A program made the translations under genes and the position numbers. This document shows positions 13,116 through 26,278 of a stretch of 64,000 nt of DNA, in pieces (the first letter of the stretch is position 1; every line of letters starts with the position of its first letter). The notes below the pieces were generated by a model. That model saw only the letters and a list, made by a program, of their open reading frames with translations, had not been told where the DNA came from and searched no databases. Origin of the DNA: Octopus sinensis. Taxonomy: Eukaryota. The stretch spans positions 47,740,001 to 47,804,000 of the forward strand of contig NC_043004.1 in assembly GCF_006345805.1 (NCBI RefSeq), in the 5' to 3' direction.

Positions 13116-13118
13116 AAG

Positions 13119-13492
13119 TATCTTGCTTACCAACCACTTGGTTCTGGGTTCAGTCCTACTGCGTGGCACCTTGGGCAAGTGTCTTCTACTATAGCATCTG
13201 GCCGACCAAAGCCTGGTGAGTGGATTTGGTAGACAGAAACTGAAAGAAGCCCGTCGTATATATGTATATATATATGTGTGTGCGTCTATGTTTGTGTGTC
13301 TGTGTTTGTCCACCCAGCATCGCTTGACAACCGATGCGAGTGTGTTTATGTCCATGTAACTTAGCAGTTCGGCAAAAGAGACCGGTAGAATAGGCTTACA
13401 AAGAATAAATCCTGGGGTCGATTTGCTCGACTAAAGGCGATGCTCCAGCATGGCCACAGTCAAATGACTGAAAGAAGTAAAAAAGTAAAAGA
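13119..13492 (+). mobile_element. SINE family A, remainder of split copy
   Basis: Continues exactly from ggtaag at 11143 when compared with the intact copy at 32551. Confidence 0.9.
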
Positions 13493-13537
13493 GTATTTAT
13501 ACAATGTACATTTACGCGCGCGTGTATGGACGCACAT

Positions 13538-13568
<31 letters not shown>

Positions 13569-13602
13569 TGCACACACACATACACACACACACACCACAC
13601 AC

Positions 13603-13657
<55 letters not shown>

Positions 13658-13822
13658 TGAGATAGGGGTTGTGAGTGCAACCCACCATGGATAACATATA
13701 TCTAATATACTGCTAGTAAAGTACCCCAAAAAGTTGATACATAAATGTTAAGAATTGCGATACAATTAATTCATTTCTTGTATTATATGGGCGAAGGTAA
13801 AATGTTTTACCACAAATTAATA

Positions 13823-14488
13823 ATACAAAATAAGAAAATGGAGAAATACATCTAAATCAATACTCAACTACCACATAATACCCAATCACATAATTTATTA
13901 AACCACTACATATGAACATTAAGGTCAAGCATAATAATATAGAACAAAACAATGTACATCAATGAGTAATATGATACAATAAGTACAGTATGTATAAGTG
14001 AATATAAATATGGGTGCCTCATTATGCTCATATTAGCCATGTGTGATAGGTTAATATGTAGTTATAAATGAGACACTTACAAAAATATCCCAAGGCCTCT
14101 TCAGAGATTATGAAGTACGAACTAAATTAAATATGAAAATCAGAGTAGGTACACCCATACAAGAGTGGGTACATACCCATAATATATAATAATTTATAAC
14201 TACATATTAATCTATCACACATGGCTAATATGAGCATAATGAGGCACCCATATCTGCATGGCTGAAACAGCTGTAAGATGTAGTTTATATTTATATTTGT
14301 ATTTATTTATATTTACTTATACATACTGTACTTATTGTATCATATTACTCATTGATGTACATTGTTTTGTTCTATATTATTATGCTTGACCTTAATGTTC
14401 ATATGTAGTGGTTTAATAAATTATGTGATTGGGTATTATCTGGTAGTTGATTATTGATTTAGATGTATTTCTCCATGTTCTTATTTTG

Positions 14489-14491
<3 letters not shown>
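13823..14491. repeat. Large fold-back in (TA)n carrying split HHR halves
   Basis: 13823-14070 is inverted to 14190-14491; atct-CTGAAGA-ggcc on minus (14094-14108); ggct-GAAAC-AGCT-GTA-agat on plus (14260-14279). Confidence 0.85.
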
Positions 14492-14520
<29 letters not shown>

Positions 14521-17294
14521 CATTTTAATACATTCTGCTTTATCATCCTCGTGACTACCATTCAATATTACATATGTATCAGTGTCAGTTTCTACAATAC
14601 AATCATATTTTCTGGAAAACGATAAACAATCTTCAGCGGATTTTGAACCTGTAATTTATTAGCAGTCAGTATAATACGCCATCCTGTCAGCTATTTCACA
14701 TAAAGTGAAACGAAAATAAGTTATTAGATTTCCAAACTTATTTCAAGAACATTAATATATGAAACTGAAACCTAGTACACATCTATGTTGTAACGCTCGA
14801 AGCGTAAAACCGTCAGCTTGCTTGAGGACGTGTCATTTACAATTCAATCTTGAAGTACTTTGACAAATGTAATTAGAGCAATTGTAATGCATACCATTAC
14901 AATTTGTTGGTGCAATTTATTTAATGATTTAGGATGAATATTTTAAAAGATTTCTAGCTATTTGGTGCCTAAAGGTCTAATACCTATATGGTAAATAAAT
15001 GTTTCTGGTGTTTAATAAAATAGCATTAACCACCTTTCCTCTTTTACTTTCTACACTTGGAGCGTCTATAAAACCAATTTTTCCATCAACTTGCGAAAAA
15101 GGTCATGAATGGGTCTGATATCCAAGAGTAATTTATCTAAGACGTATACGACTCAGTAGTGATGGTGTTTCCTTCTTCTCGTTTATAATATAGAGTTGCA
15201 AGAAAATCAATATTTGTGGTCAAATCTATTTTAATCTCGAAATCATAAAAGCAATAACGAAATGTATTTTATTGAATGTTGGAGAATTTTCCAGAAAAGA
15301 AATATTTCATGGATGTTGATTTCTTTTCGTTCTACACACGTTCCTATACGTTTAGAAGAGAAATGAGGTTCATGTCTCTCCCATGTCTTTTAGCGGCGAT
15401 AGTAAAGAGAATCGAAAATGTGTTGAGGTCTCGGTTTTACAAAGAAACTAAAACTTTTATTATTTTATACTACTGAAAATGTCTCTACAAGAATGTTTTA
15501 CCTATTTTGTATTTTATGACTGTTATTTTTAACATAATTTCCATCTTATTTTAATGTTATTGTATGAGTGTATTTAAGTGATAACATGCAAGCTGGCAGC
15601 ACAGGTTTCACTTTCTGTATGGTTATGTTTCTTCATGTAATTTATAGATAATCTACAAACCTTTGCGTCTACTTACATGTGTGAATACTGTACTGTGAAG
15701 TCTTCTGTGGCTGTAATTAGCGACCCCGTTTCTGGAAATACATCTATCCTTCTATAAATCATTCCTCACACGCTAACTTCCCTCATTCCTTATCACGTTT
15801 ATCTTCTCCCCATTTCACCCTCTTCCTCAATCTAGTATTCTGTTTTGCCCTAACTTTTTTTCACTTCAATCGGTCACTTTCCTTCCGCGTATGCGCGACT
15901 ACACACACCATTCATTTCCTGTCATCTTATAGAACGGCCAAGTACTCATGGCCAAAGGACGACAAAGAGTATACAGATTTAGCAAATCTTAAACATTACA
16001 AATAAATATAGCTTTTGATGACAAAATCTTAAAAATCTCCCAAGGTTTTATTTTAATTTTTACCCTCGTATACGTCAGAATTCGCTTTTCGTTGATTTAA
16101 ATGTTTCTATATGTTGATATACTACAAATGAAACATGAAAAAGTTCATACATTTTCAAATAGTGTTTAGTTTGTTAGTAATTCTTACGTATTTGAATAAG
16201 TCTCGAAATATTTTACTGAAAGTTTATCTGGACACTTCTCTCAATCCAGTGGTGCTGCCTTTTCACATAATGGAATATATTGCTTCTAACCTGAAGTAAA
16301 ATTTATCGGAATTTAAGAACATACACACAAGTGTAAAACTATATTTTGTAGCTAATATTGAGAATGGCGACGCATAAGAGATATGATCCTTGTATTTCTA
16401 ATACTGTGACATTTTGTGAATAAATCAGTATATTTTTCATTTTTAGCTCCCCAATATCATCGGGAAAACGTGTATTTTCTAACATACTATTTTCTCTGCC
16501 GAGAAATTACAGGGAGATACTTCAAGGTCATAAGGAACGCAGATATTTTATTTGCGTCCATATTTTAAAAAATGAAAATATTTCCATGTTTTCCTTCAAT
16601 AGTCCAGCCATATTTGTAGTATATTTTATTCGCTTTCCTTTTATAACGTTAAATCGTGTAAATAACCAGATAATGTTGCTTTTTTATTAAAAAAAAGCTA
16701 ATTACACGGGGATATCTTCGTAATTAAAAGATAACTGAACGTAGCCAATCGTCAATTAATCATTTTCCTGATAACATGAAAAAAAATCACTAACAAAATC
16801 TTATTTGAAAAGATTCCTTAAAAAAATATCTAATAATTCTTTTGATCATATTTCTATGATGATCATTGCTTCAACTGAAATCAGTACTGATAGTTTCGTC
16901 TATTTTGATTTTTATAATTTGTTTCTCCATTTTTTATTTCCTATTGATCTTATCGACATTGCCATGCACATTTATAATATGAGCGATAAACGACGTATAA
17001 AAAATAAACAGAAGGTAGTTATTCAGAATGATGTTGGACATAATTTAGATTTATTGGTGATCGCTATAGCTGGTTGAGTAATAAGCTCACTAATGAAATC
17101 TTTGACTTTCAGGCAGCTCAGCTTTTACAAAGCTACGCTAGACTGACAAACTGTTTTCAGTTTTATAGTCTTACCTCTCCTTACAGAAAGGAATTTGAAA
17201 TTACAGGTAATACCCATTCACAGGGTGTTCTAATTGTAGATAACTGTCATCGTTATTGCGAAATGTCAGTAAAATGGTCAAAGAATATCTTTTA

Positions 17295-17760
17295 TCTTTT
17301 AATTGTTTCAGTCATTAGACTGCGGCCATGCTGGGAGACAGCCTTGATAAATTTTAGTCGAATGAATCGACCCAAGCATTTATAGTTTTAAAGCCTGGTT
17401 CTTTTTCTATCGATCTCTTTTTGAGGTACGGCTAAGTACAAGAACATAAACACAATGACACCGGTTGTCAAGCAATGAAGGGGAACAAACACAGACACAT
17501 ATACGTGCACACGGGCGCGCACGCACATACACACTAACATACACACTCGCATACACACACACACACACGCACACACATGTATATACATATATATATATAT
17601 ACAACGAGCTTCGTTCAGTTTCCGTCTACGAAATCAAATCACAGACTTTGGTCGGCACGAGGATATAGAGGAAGACACTTGCCCAAGGTGCCACGCAGTG
17701 GGACTGAGCTCGGAACCATGTGGTTGGGAAGCTAGCTTTTACCACGCAGCTACGCCTCCG
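17295..17760 (-). mobile_element. SINE family A, full length
   Basis: Reverse complement has A/B-box head, ccttgggcaagtgtctt core, internal microsatellite and 3' tail. Confidence 0.85.
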
Positions 17761-18061
17761 TGATAGCGAGCATTGTTATTAAAACAGAAGAATCAAGAAA
17801 GGTTTTCATGAATAATTCCAGTTTAGGAATAAGTAAAACAACCCCTTTGAATGAAAGTGAGCTGAGATCCTTTATCGACCGAATGTTGACTATGATTTCA
17901 AGTTAGTTCAGGTGAAAAGGTAGGGGGGGATAAACACCGGTTGTCAAGCCGTGAGGGGTAACAGACACAAAGACAAATACACATACGTGCGCACACCCGC
18001 ACGCACTCACACACTAACACACACACACACACACACACACTCACGCGCACACGCACGCACA

Positions 18062-18118
<57 letters not shown>

Positions 18119-18249
18119 CGGGCTTGACAACCGGTGTCAGTGTCTTTATTCCCCCATACCTTAGCCGATAGATCGATAGAAAAAGTACACGGCCTTAATC
18201 GATTGATGCGATTCTGATTCTAATTGTTGGAGTTTACACTTCACAACCT

Positions 18250-19000
18250 AAATTACAGTCATACCAGCAAATGAGATATGGTATGGTAGATGGTTGCGAA
18301 TATTCAACTACAAAATAATTTGCTCTCAGAATACCTACATGAAGAATGTTCCGTTTCCTTTAGTCATAACAATGACGCCGAAATAGCCAAATCCAAACTG
18401 GATTATTTCACATGAAAATTAAAGCTTGAACAACTATATATCTATACTAAAGTTGGTTTCTACATAATCACTGGCCTGATGATTTGAAGGACACAAACCT
18501 ATGACTGCTGACACGGTCAGGAAACAGACCACAACTACAATCAAAATATAACTAGGAGATAACTAGGAAAAGCAAGTTACGTTCTAACACCCTGGAGACA
18601 AGGCTGAACTTATCGCCAGAGTGCTACTAATACTACACTTAATCTTTCAATCTCTGCACATTGATCATACGCAACAAAATAGGCGCTCTTGATTAGCAAA
18701 TGTATCAGCTGCCAATATCCCTGTAGAAGCAAGTGTTCACAAAGTCATGCACCACTGAAAACAAACGCTTGCTCGCATCATTTTAAAAACCCTGCAAAAT
18801 ACTGCTCATCCACAACAAACACCAAAAGACGAGTTAAAAATATAAACATGATTCAACTCGCCTTCCAGCGAGTAAGTAGGACTTTGTGTAACGAAGCGAC
18901 AAATTTCTGTGATCAAGAAACATCCATAGAGACCATACCTTCCATGAAATATTCATTAACAAAAATATAAAAGTTACCTACTCTGCATTTGTATATATAG
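18250..19000 (+). mobile_element. Highly decayed PLE RT/linker remnant
   Basis: Fragments such as KRRVKNI and DHTFHEIFINKNIKVTYS resemble the PLE RKRNIIWFNPP...IFNxxxIKxSYS linker. Confidence 0.4.
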
Positions 19001-19266
19001 CTCATCATTACATTACGTTACACCTCCAGAATAATCCCAGAAAAATATAACTAAAATTGCTGAAGTACAAAATGCAGTACGATGAAGAAGCAATGCATCC
19101 CATAGTTTCGTGCTAACATGTGCAAAACTCGGCTTTTAAGTTACTTTCATAACTTTTTAACAACTGATGAAAAATGATAGACAGGATATGAGTCTGTGTG
19201 TGTGTTTGTGTGTGCGTGTGTAAAATAAAATGCTATATGTGCACATCGATATATATATATATATAT

Positions 19267-19741
19267 TCTCTTTCTCTTTCTCTTTTACTTGTTTCAGTCA
19301 TTTGACTGCGGCCATGCTGGAGCACCGCCTTTAATCGAGCAACTCGACCCCGGGACTTATTCTTTTGTAAGCCCAGTACTTATTCTTTCGGTCTCTTTTG
19401 CCGAACCGCTAAGTAACGGGGACATAAACACACCAGCATCGGTTGTCAAGCAATGCTAGGGGGGACAAACACAGACACACAAACATATACACACACATAT
19501 ATATATACATATATACGACAGGCTTTTTTCCGTTTCCGTCTACCAAATCCACTCACAAGACTTTGGTGGGCCCGAGGCTATAGTAGAAGACACTTGCCCA
19601 AGGTGCCACGCAGTGGGACTGAACCCGGAAGCATGTGATTAGTAAACAAGCTACTTACCACACATCCACTCCTAGTGGAACTGAACCCGGAACTATGTGG
19701 TTGGTAAACAAGCTACTTACCACACAGCCACTCCTGCGCCT
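19267..19741 (-). mobile_element. SINE family A with tandemly duplicated tRNA head
   Basis: High identity to 32551-32980; ~62-bp head segment repeated (19613-19673 and 19675-19735). Confidence 0.9.
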
Positions 19742-19982
19742 ATATGCGTATATATATATATATATATATATAATTTCAACAATTGAGGGTAAAATTAATT
19801 AATTATTAATCAATTTCACCAAGTATTCAGTATGTAAAGGGACCATTATAGGCGAATTCAAAATATTACATTATATATAAGGGCTTAGTAAAATTAGTAA
19901 ATTACATTATATAGTGTTTGCCTAAACTAACTCACAAAAGTATGGGGGAAAAAACATTAAAAAATCAAGTGCAAAGGTTATT

Positions 19983-20034
19983 TGAGAACGTACGTTTCTT
20001 GATTAGTCAATTCGACATTTCTTTCTTCAGCTCA
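19983..20034 (-). ncRNA. Minimal HHR, tandem copy 1
   Basis: tgag-CTGAAGA-aagaaatgtcgaattgactaatcaa-GAAAC-GTAC-GTT-ctca. Confidence 0.7.
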
Positions 20035-20538
20035 GAATTCCTTGAATCGGATTTGGGAACACTGAAAGTCGGGAGCATACCCTTTCGGCTTCTAATCACC
20101 TCTAGAATTCTGCTCGAACTAAAAGTGCTATCAAATTCGAATATGCAAGCGAAGAATTTCTGCTCTCCCCTTTCCACCAGCGTGGGTTAAAATTGACAAA
20201 CACCATGTATTAACGGTGAAAACCGCAGAATTTAGTAGAGAGAGATGAATTATAATTTCAACAATTGAGGGTAAAATTAATTAATTATTAATCAATTTCA
20301 CCAAGTATTCAGTATGTAAAGGGACCATTGTAGGCGAATTCAAAATATTACATTATATATAAGGCTTAGTAAAATAAATTACTTTGCCACATACTGAACT
20401 CATTAGAAATAGCAGCTAAAGAAATTTCTTCAGCTATTTCTAATACTTAAAGAAGATCTCTCTCAGATAGTGTTTGCCTAAACTAACTCACAAAAGTATG
20501 GGGGAAAAAACATTAAAAAATCAAGTGCAAAGGTTATT

Positions 20539-20589
20539 TGAGAACGTACGTTTCTAGATTAGTCAATTCGACATTCTTTCTTCAGCTCA
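20539..20589 (-). ncRNA. Minimal HHR, tandem copy 2
   Basis: tgag-CTGAAGA-aagaatgtcgaattgactaatcta-GAAAC-GTAC-GTT-ctca. Confidence 0.7.
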
Positions 20590-20681
20590 GAATTCCTTGA
20601 ATCGGATTTGGGAACACTGAAAGTCGGGAGCATACCCTTTCGGCTTCTAATCACCTCTAGAATTCTGCTCGAACTATGTAT

Positions 20682-20734
<53 letters not shown>

Positions 20735-21228
20735 CACAAAGGCACGCACGCACATATATTATGTATATATAGGTCGAGAGATACATGCATGAATGGAGAG
20801 ATGTGTGTATGCAATAGTAAGATTAAAGGCAACATGTATAGTTTGTTCTATGCATGTCATTTTTCTTCAAATTTTGCTTTTGTAATTGCTAATTTAGCAT
20901 GCAAGCATTTTAAAGGCACCTCAGTGACAGCCGTACAAAATTTGAGTTATTCACATTCCTGTATAAAGGCGTCAACATGAACGTATAGATTTGTGCAACT
21001 GTCGAGTAGTTCCTTCTTCCTATATTTCTGCAGTCGATATCTTCAATACAAGATACTGAAAAGTGGTATATTACCGTTTTAACGGAAGTAACAGTATATT
21101 CATGGAGTATGTTCCGCTGATTAACAGCGACACAACAAACTTTACTCGTGTCCAAAAACAGATGTCCTCAAAAGAATGAGTATTTTGGGTTTGGACAATC
21201 AACCGATTTTTATAAAATGTAGTGATAT

Positions 21229-22453
21229 ATAGGGCCATCCCATAAATAATACTGTTTTTTTATACATTTATTTTTCAAAATTAAGTTCATTTTTAATCTA
21301 AAATATACTCTCCTTCATTTTCTCCAATGTTCTTCCATCTATCTGGTAGACTTGCAACGCCACTCTTCCAAAACTCCACTGTTCCAAAACTCCGTGATGA
21401 AAAATACTCCTTCAGTACTGAAATCGTCAACAGATTTCATATTTTTTCCGTCTAAATGTTTTGAAGACTGCGGATTAAATGATAATCAGATAGGGCAACA
21501 TCTGACGAATATGGTGAGTGTGGCATTGTTTCTCATTCAAACTACTATGAGCATTATCCTGATAGAAGAACACCTTTCGTCTTGAAACCAAAGATGGTTG
21601 TTTTTCTTCTAGCGGTAAGATAAGGCCGCTCAAGTTGCTCGTTTCAGATCTCCTTTGTTATCGTTCGGTTTTGGTTTCAAAGTTCAAAGTGGACAAAACT
21701 TTTTATATCCCACCAGACAGATAAGAGCACAATACGTAGGCGAAGACATTTAGCCTGGGGTGCCAGTATTTCACTTTTCCCTGCCCACTGTCTTCGGCGC
21801 TTGACATCTTGATAGAGGACCCATTTCTCGTCAACAATCACTAGTCAGCCCACAAACGGTTCATTCGTGAGACATGATAGCAAAGAAGAGCACACATTCA
21901 CTCTCTGCGCGCGATTAGACTCGGAAAGTTTGTGAAGAACACACTGACCCAATTTTCTGACTTTCCGAATGGCACGCAGGTATCGATGAATGATTGAATG
22001 ACCAAATCTAAGCTTATCTCATAGTTCTTCGACAATTTCGATGGGATTTTGTTCCACCAGGACGTCCTCGTCGAGATCTCCAGATTTTCCAGGACGAGGT
22101 TTGTCTTCTAGGTGGTAGTTTCCGGCGCATAATTTCTGGAACCACCGTTGACACTGGCGTACGCTTATTGTCAGATCTCCATATACTGAATTAATATTCC
22201 TCGCACTTTCCGTTGCTTTGTTGCCTTTCTTGAACTCATAAAGCGAAATTTGCCGAATATGCTCTTTGCTACTTTCATTATAGCTTTGAAAAAATAGCGG
22301 TTAAAATCCAACAGTACTCTTTCAAAACATTGCACTTAGAATAAGTGCAAGGGAAAATTACTACCTGATTTTGATGCAGGCAGTTTATCCCGCCCCCTCT
22401 GATCATTAGTTCATGCAACTGAAAATACCGCATTATTTATGCGGAAGGACATA
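21229..22453 (-). mobile_element. Mariner DNA transposon, decayed; transposase pseudogene ~21293-22278
   Basis: N-terminus MKVAKEHIRQISLYEFKKGNKATESARNINSVYG...QCQRWFQKL...LEDKPRPG; C-terminus LPDRWKNIGENEGEYILD*; degenerate TIRs sharing CATAAATAAT; ~1.2 kb. Confidence 0.9.
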
Positions 22454-22504
22454 CAAGCAAATATATTCATATAAATATATGTGTGTGTCTGTCTGTCTGT
22501 CTGT

Positions 22505-22685
22505 GTGTCTGTGTGTGTGTGTGCGACAGTCCTCGTTCAGTTTCGGTCTATAAAATCCACTCACAAGGCTTTGGTCAGCCTGAGGTTATAGTAGAAGAGA
22601 CTTTCCCAAGGTGCCACCCAGTGGGACTGAACTCGAAATCGTGTGGTTGGCAAGCAAGCTTCCTACCACACAACCACTACTGTGC
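22505..22685 (-). mobile_element. SINE family A, 5' portion
   Basis: aaatccactcacaaggctttggtc...cccaaggtgccac...gtgggactgaac. Confidence 0.75.
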
Positions 22686-22690
22686 TTTTA

Positions 22691-22749
<59 letters not shown>

Positions 22750-22751
<2 letters not shown>

Positions 22752-22999
22752 ATAAATATTAGGGAATAAATCCAAATTTACAGGGAAAAAATCAGATTTA
22801 GGATTAAATCCAATTTTATAGTAAAATATTATAAAATATTATTAGAGACGAAACCACTATTTTGCAAAACAAACAAGGAAAGACTTAATCAATACATAAA
22901 TTTTAATAAATAGTCAAAAAAAGCCACTATATTAAAATTTTATGTATTGATTAAGTCTTTCCTTGTTTGTTTTGCAAAATAGTGGTTTTCTCTCTAATA

Positions 23000-23009
<10 letters not shown>
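22750..23009. mobile_element. TA-embedded fold-back, family F copy 1
   Basis: agggaataaatccaaatttacagggaaaaaatcagatttagg tail, then arms 22831-22907 and 22931-23009; same family at 23572, 40832 and 44466. Confidence 0.8.
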
Positions 23010-23038
<29 letters not shown>

Positions 23039-23571
23039 AAAACAAAATATGGAACAAGAACGTAACAGGCGACAACAAAATCACCGGATAGTTAGATGTT
23101 AGAAAGAAGGATAGGAACAAACAAGGACGGGTCATTCGGAGCTTTCTATTGTCAATCGTGTTCTTGATCTTTCCTTCAGTTTCGGCCGGTTACACTCGAG
23201 ACTGCTATAATCTGGCCGGCTTCAAGTAATTCTAAGCTAAGAGCACTAGATTCTTTGGAAGAAAGCAAGCGAATGTATGCGAAATCAAGGACAAAAAACG
23301 GATAAATGTTACGCAATCAAAAATACAAACAACAAGATATTAACGACCGGTGTCTTTCGACTAAAGACGAATTAATTTAAGCTGGCGTGTGTGAAGGGAA
23401 GCCTTACGTCAGGAACATAAGAGATGAAAGTCATGGGAATGAATATAAGAGACGCTACACGGATGGAAGTCGAACCAAGGAAGAAAGGTCAGGCTTGGCG
23501 AACACCGGTTACATGGAAGGAGAGAAGAGCTGTAGTGAACAGATGGATATATATATATATATATATATATA

Positions 23572-23682
23572 AAGTGGTTTTATCTCTAATTTAATATAAT
23601 ATAATATTTTACTATAAAATTGAATTCAATCCTAAATCTGATTTTTCCCTGTAAGTTTGGATTTATTCCCTAATATTTTATT
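23572..23682 (+). mobile_element. Family F 3' end, uninverted single copy
   Basis: agtggttttatctctaatttaat...ctaaatctgatttttccctgtaagtttggatttattccctaatatt is the reverse complement of the family F tail. Confidence 0.8.
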
Positions 23683-23789
23683 TTTTATATATATTTTATA
23701 TATTATATATATATATATGTATATATGTATATTATATATATATATACACATACATACATACATACATACATACTACATACATACATACA

Positions 23790-23821
<32 letters not shown>

Positions 23822-24260
23822 CGGAAAATAAGACAAGGTAGAAAATGCTAAAATGATTTTATGATGAAGAACATTTTAGAACCGGTATCAGTCTTTGCGA
23901 CTTTTTAACTTGGAGTAAAGTATGAAAAAAAATTAAATTGTGAAAACATGATATGAAATGGGGCTTTTTTAAAATATTACCAAATTTTTAAAATGCAAGG
24001 GACAATAGACGTTGAAAATGCACTGAAAATAGTTAAAATTGTTTTTATTATATTTAAAATTTTAACCAATTTCACAGACAGTATACAATGATATTCAAAA
24101 GTTGTGATAGAAAGACGTTTGTGATGCGGCAACTGCCTTTTTATCTCAACATTTGAAAATCAATGTAAACTGTGAAACCGGTTAAATCTTTAAATATAAT
24201 TTTTAAAAATAACTATTCTCAGTGCACTTTGTATATATGTATATATGTATATATATATAT

Positions 24261-24372
<112 letters not shown>

Positions 24373-24526
24373 CGTATATATATATTATATATATATATAT
24401 ATATATAATATATATACGTATATATAGATATATATAATATATATATATATATAATATATATATACGTATATAAATATAGATATACGTATATATATATGTG
24501 TGTGTATGTATGTATGTATGTATGTA

Positions 24527-24561
<35 letters not shown>

Positions 24562-24829
24562 TATATATATTATAATATATATATATATTATATATATAAT
24601 ATATAATATATATAAATCTGTGTATGGGGCGGGGTGTACATAATGTTCATTGTGGTACTATAGACGGTATTAGTTATTGCTTCGAACCTTTCATAAGTTT
24701 GCCTCTTAACCGCAACTATTAATAGTCACGAACATAATTTTTCTTTGTAGTCTTTTAGAGGACTTCGATAGCTATTTCACACGCATTTCTTAATCTAGAA
24801 CATTAAATTATTTGAAACAATCATCAAGT

Positions 24830-25250
24830 TTTCAGTATTGTACAATATTCCTCGTCTTTACGTTTTGAGTTGAAATTCTGCCGAGTTCCTCTTTCCTTTT
24901 CATCCTTTTGTCGTCGATAATAAAATAAGTCCAAGTTGACCAGTTGGGTCGATATAATCGAGTTTCCCCTCCCACCCTCCGGACTTACTAGACGTGCGCT
25001 AATATATGAAAACAATATTGTACAATACACAAAGCTGACGAGGTAGAAGAATCCTCGGCAGACATGGCAAAATGCTTTGCAGTATTTCGTTAGTCTTCTT
25101 GTTCTGAGTTCAAATTCTACTGAAGTCGACTTTAAATTTTTGTCCTTTTGGAGTCGGTAATATAAGCATCATTCGAATGTTAGGGTCGAAGTAATTGATT
25201 TACAACCTTGCAGAAAATACTGGCCTTGTGTCAATATATAAAATCAATAT
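24830..25250 (+). mobile_element. Two diverged copies of SINE family B
   Basis: gttctgagttcaaattctactgaagtcgac...ccttttggagtcggtaa matches the reverse complement of 35732-35967. Confidence 0.65.
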
Positions 25251-25406
25251 TATGAAATACACAAATTATTGCTGTCAATCATATACACCTTGTGCGCGTG
25301 TGTGATCGTATATGTGAGTATATGTATGTATGAATATTCATATACATATGTGGCGGTGCACTTGCATGGCTGCAGCCTCAAGTATGAAATATATAAAAGA
25401 GTAAAG

Positions 25407-25454
<48 letters not shown>

Positions 25455-25461
25455 TATATAC

Positions 25462-25496
<35 letters not shown>

Positions 25497-25776
25497 ATAT
25501 TTTAATTATGTATATAATTATAAAATATTTCGTAAAATTTACCTCTATGATCTCTTTATTTCCGTGCTGACGACCTGGCAAAATTATTAATGATTTTTAC
25601 CCTTTATTATAATGTGTATATATAATATATATATATATATATTATATATATTAATATATATATATATATATATTGGTAAAAACGGTAAGATAACAAAAGA
25701 AAGAAAGAAACCTCAATAAATAGAGGAAATATATCTATAAAATAATATGTTACAATCACTCAATAGTCAATAATCA

Positions 25777-25837
25777 GATAACCGAAGAGATGGTGTTGTG
25801 GATTTCCACTTCGGCATCTGAAACTCAGAGTTTTATC
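25777..25837 (+). ncRNA. HHR-like motif in the loop of a fold-back (arms 25745-25770 / 25838-25863)
   Basis: gataa-CCGAAGA-gatg...catct-GAAAC-TCAGA-GTT-ttatc; perfect 5-bp stem I; U4C variant. Confidence 0.6.
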
Positions 25838-25863
25838 TTGACTATTGAGTAATTGTAACATAT

Positions 25864-25921
<58 letters not shown>

Positions 25922-26020
25922 TATATATACATATATATATATATCAAAATGTGACCGCGTATGTACTGTTGGCGATTTTTTTCCTCTGTCTTCCCTTCTC
26001 TGAATCTTTCCTTCTCCTAT

Positions 26021-26055
26021 GTTTCCGACTGAGAGCTCCGCTCGAAACGTTAAAC
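26021..26055 (+). ncRNA. Minimal HHR-like motif in a 210-bp TA-flanked insert
   Basis: gttt-CCGACTGA-gagc-tcc-gctc-GAAAC-GTT-aaac; palindromic AACGTT; core slightly degenerate; same tail recurs at ~40420-40490 (inverted) and 59898-59963. Confidence 0.6.
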
Positions 26056-26278
26056 CCTCCTTCTTCCCTTCCTTCCTGAGCGTGCAATAATACTATATTT
26101 GTTCCACGTCCTCGCGTTGTTGTGTTTTCTCTTTGTGTTTTCATATTTGGATTAACTTTATATATATATATATACCGGAGTAAACACATAAATGTGAAAC
26201 AAGGTGGAAAAAAGAGTACTCAAATACCAGTGGTAGAGTAATATGCTTTATTTTAAGCAGCAGAAAATTCAACAAAAT

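Larger units (their letters stand above)
19770..20675 (-). mobile_element. Partial-tandem PLE pseudo-LTR-like insert between (TA)n tracts
   Basis: 19770-19894 ~ 20252-20374 and 19911-20120 ~ 20468-20675 are direct repeats; each repeat unit holds one HHR. Confidence 0.75.

Noticed and set aside
15600-16300. Possible minus-strand exons (GTAAGT near 15675, ttcag near 16292)
   Set aside because: No recognisable protein; such splice-like motifs are expected by chance.
23170-23228. HHR-like GGCC...GGCC-GAAAC on the minus strand
   Set aside because: 5' core and GUH are too degenerate and there is no stem I; revisit with a family consensus.
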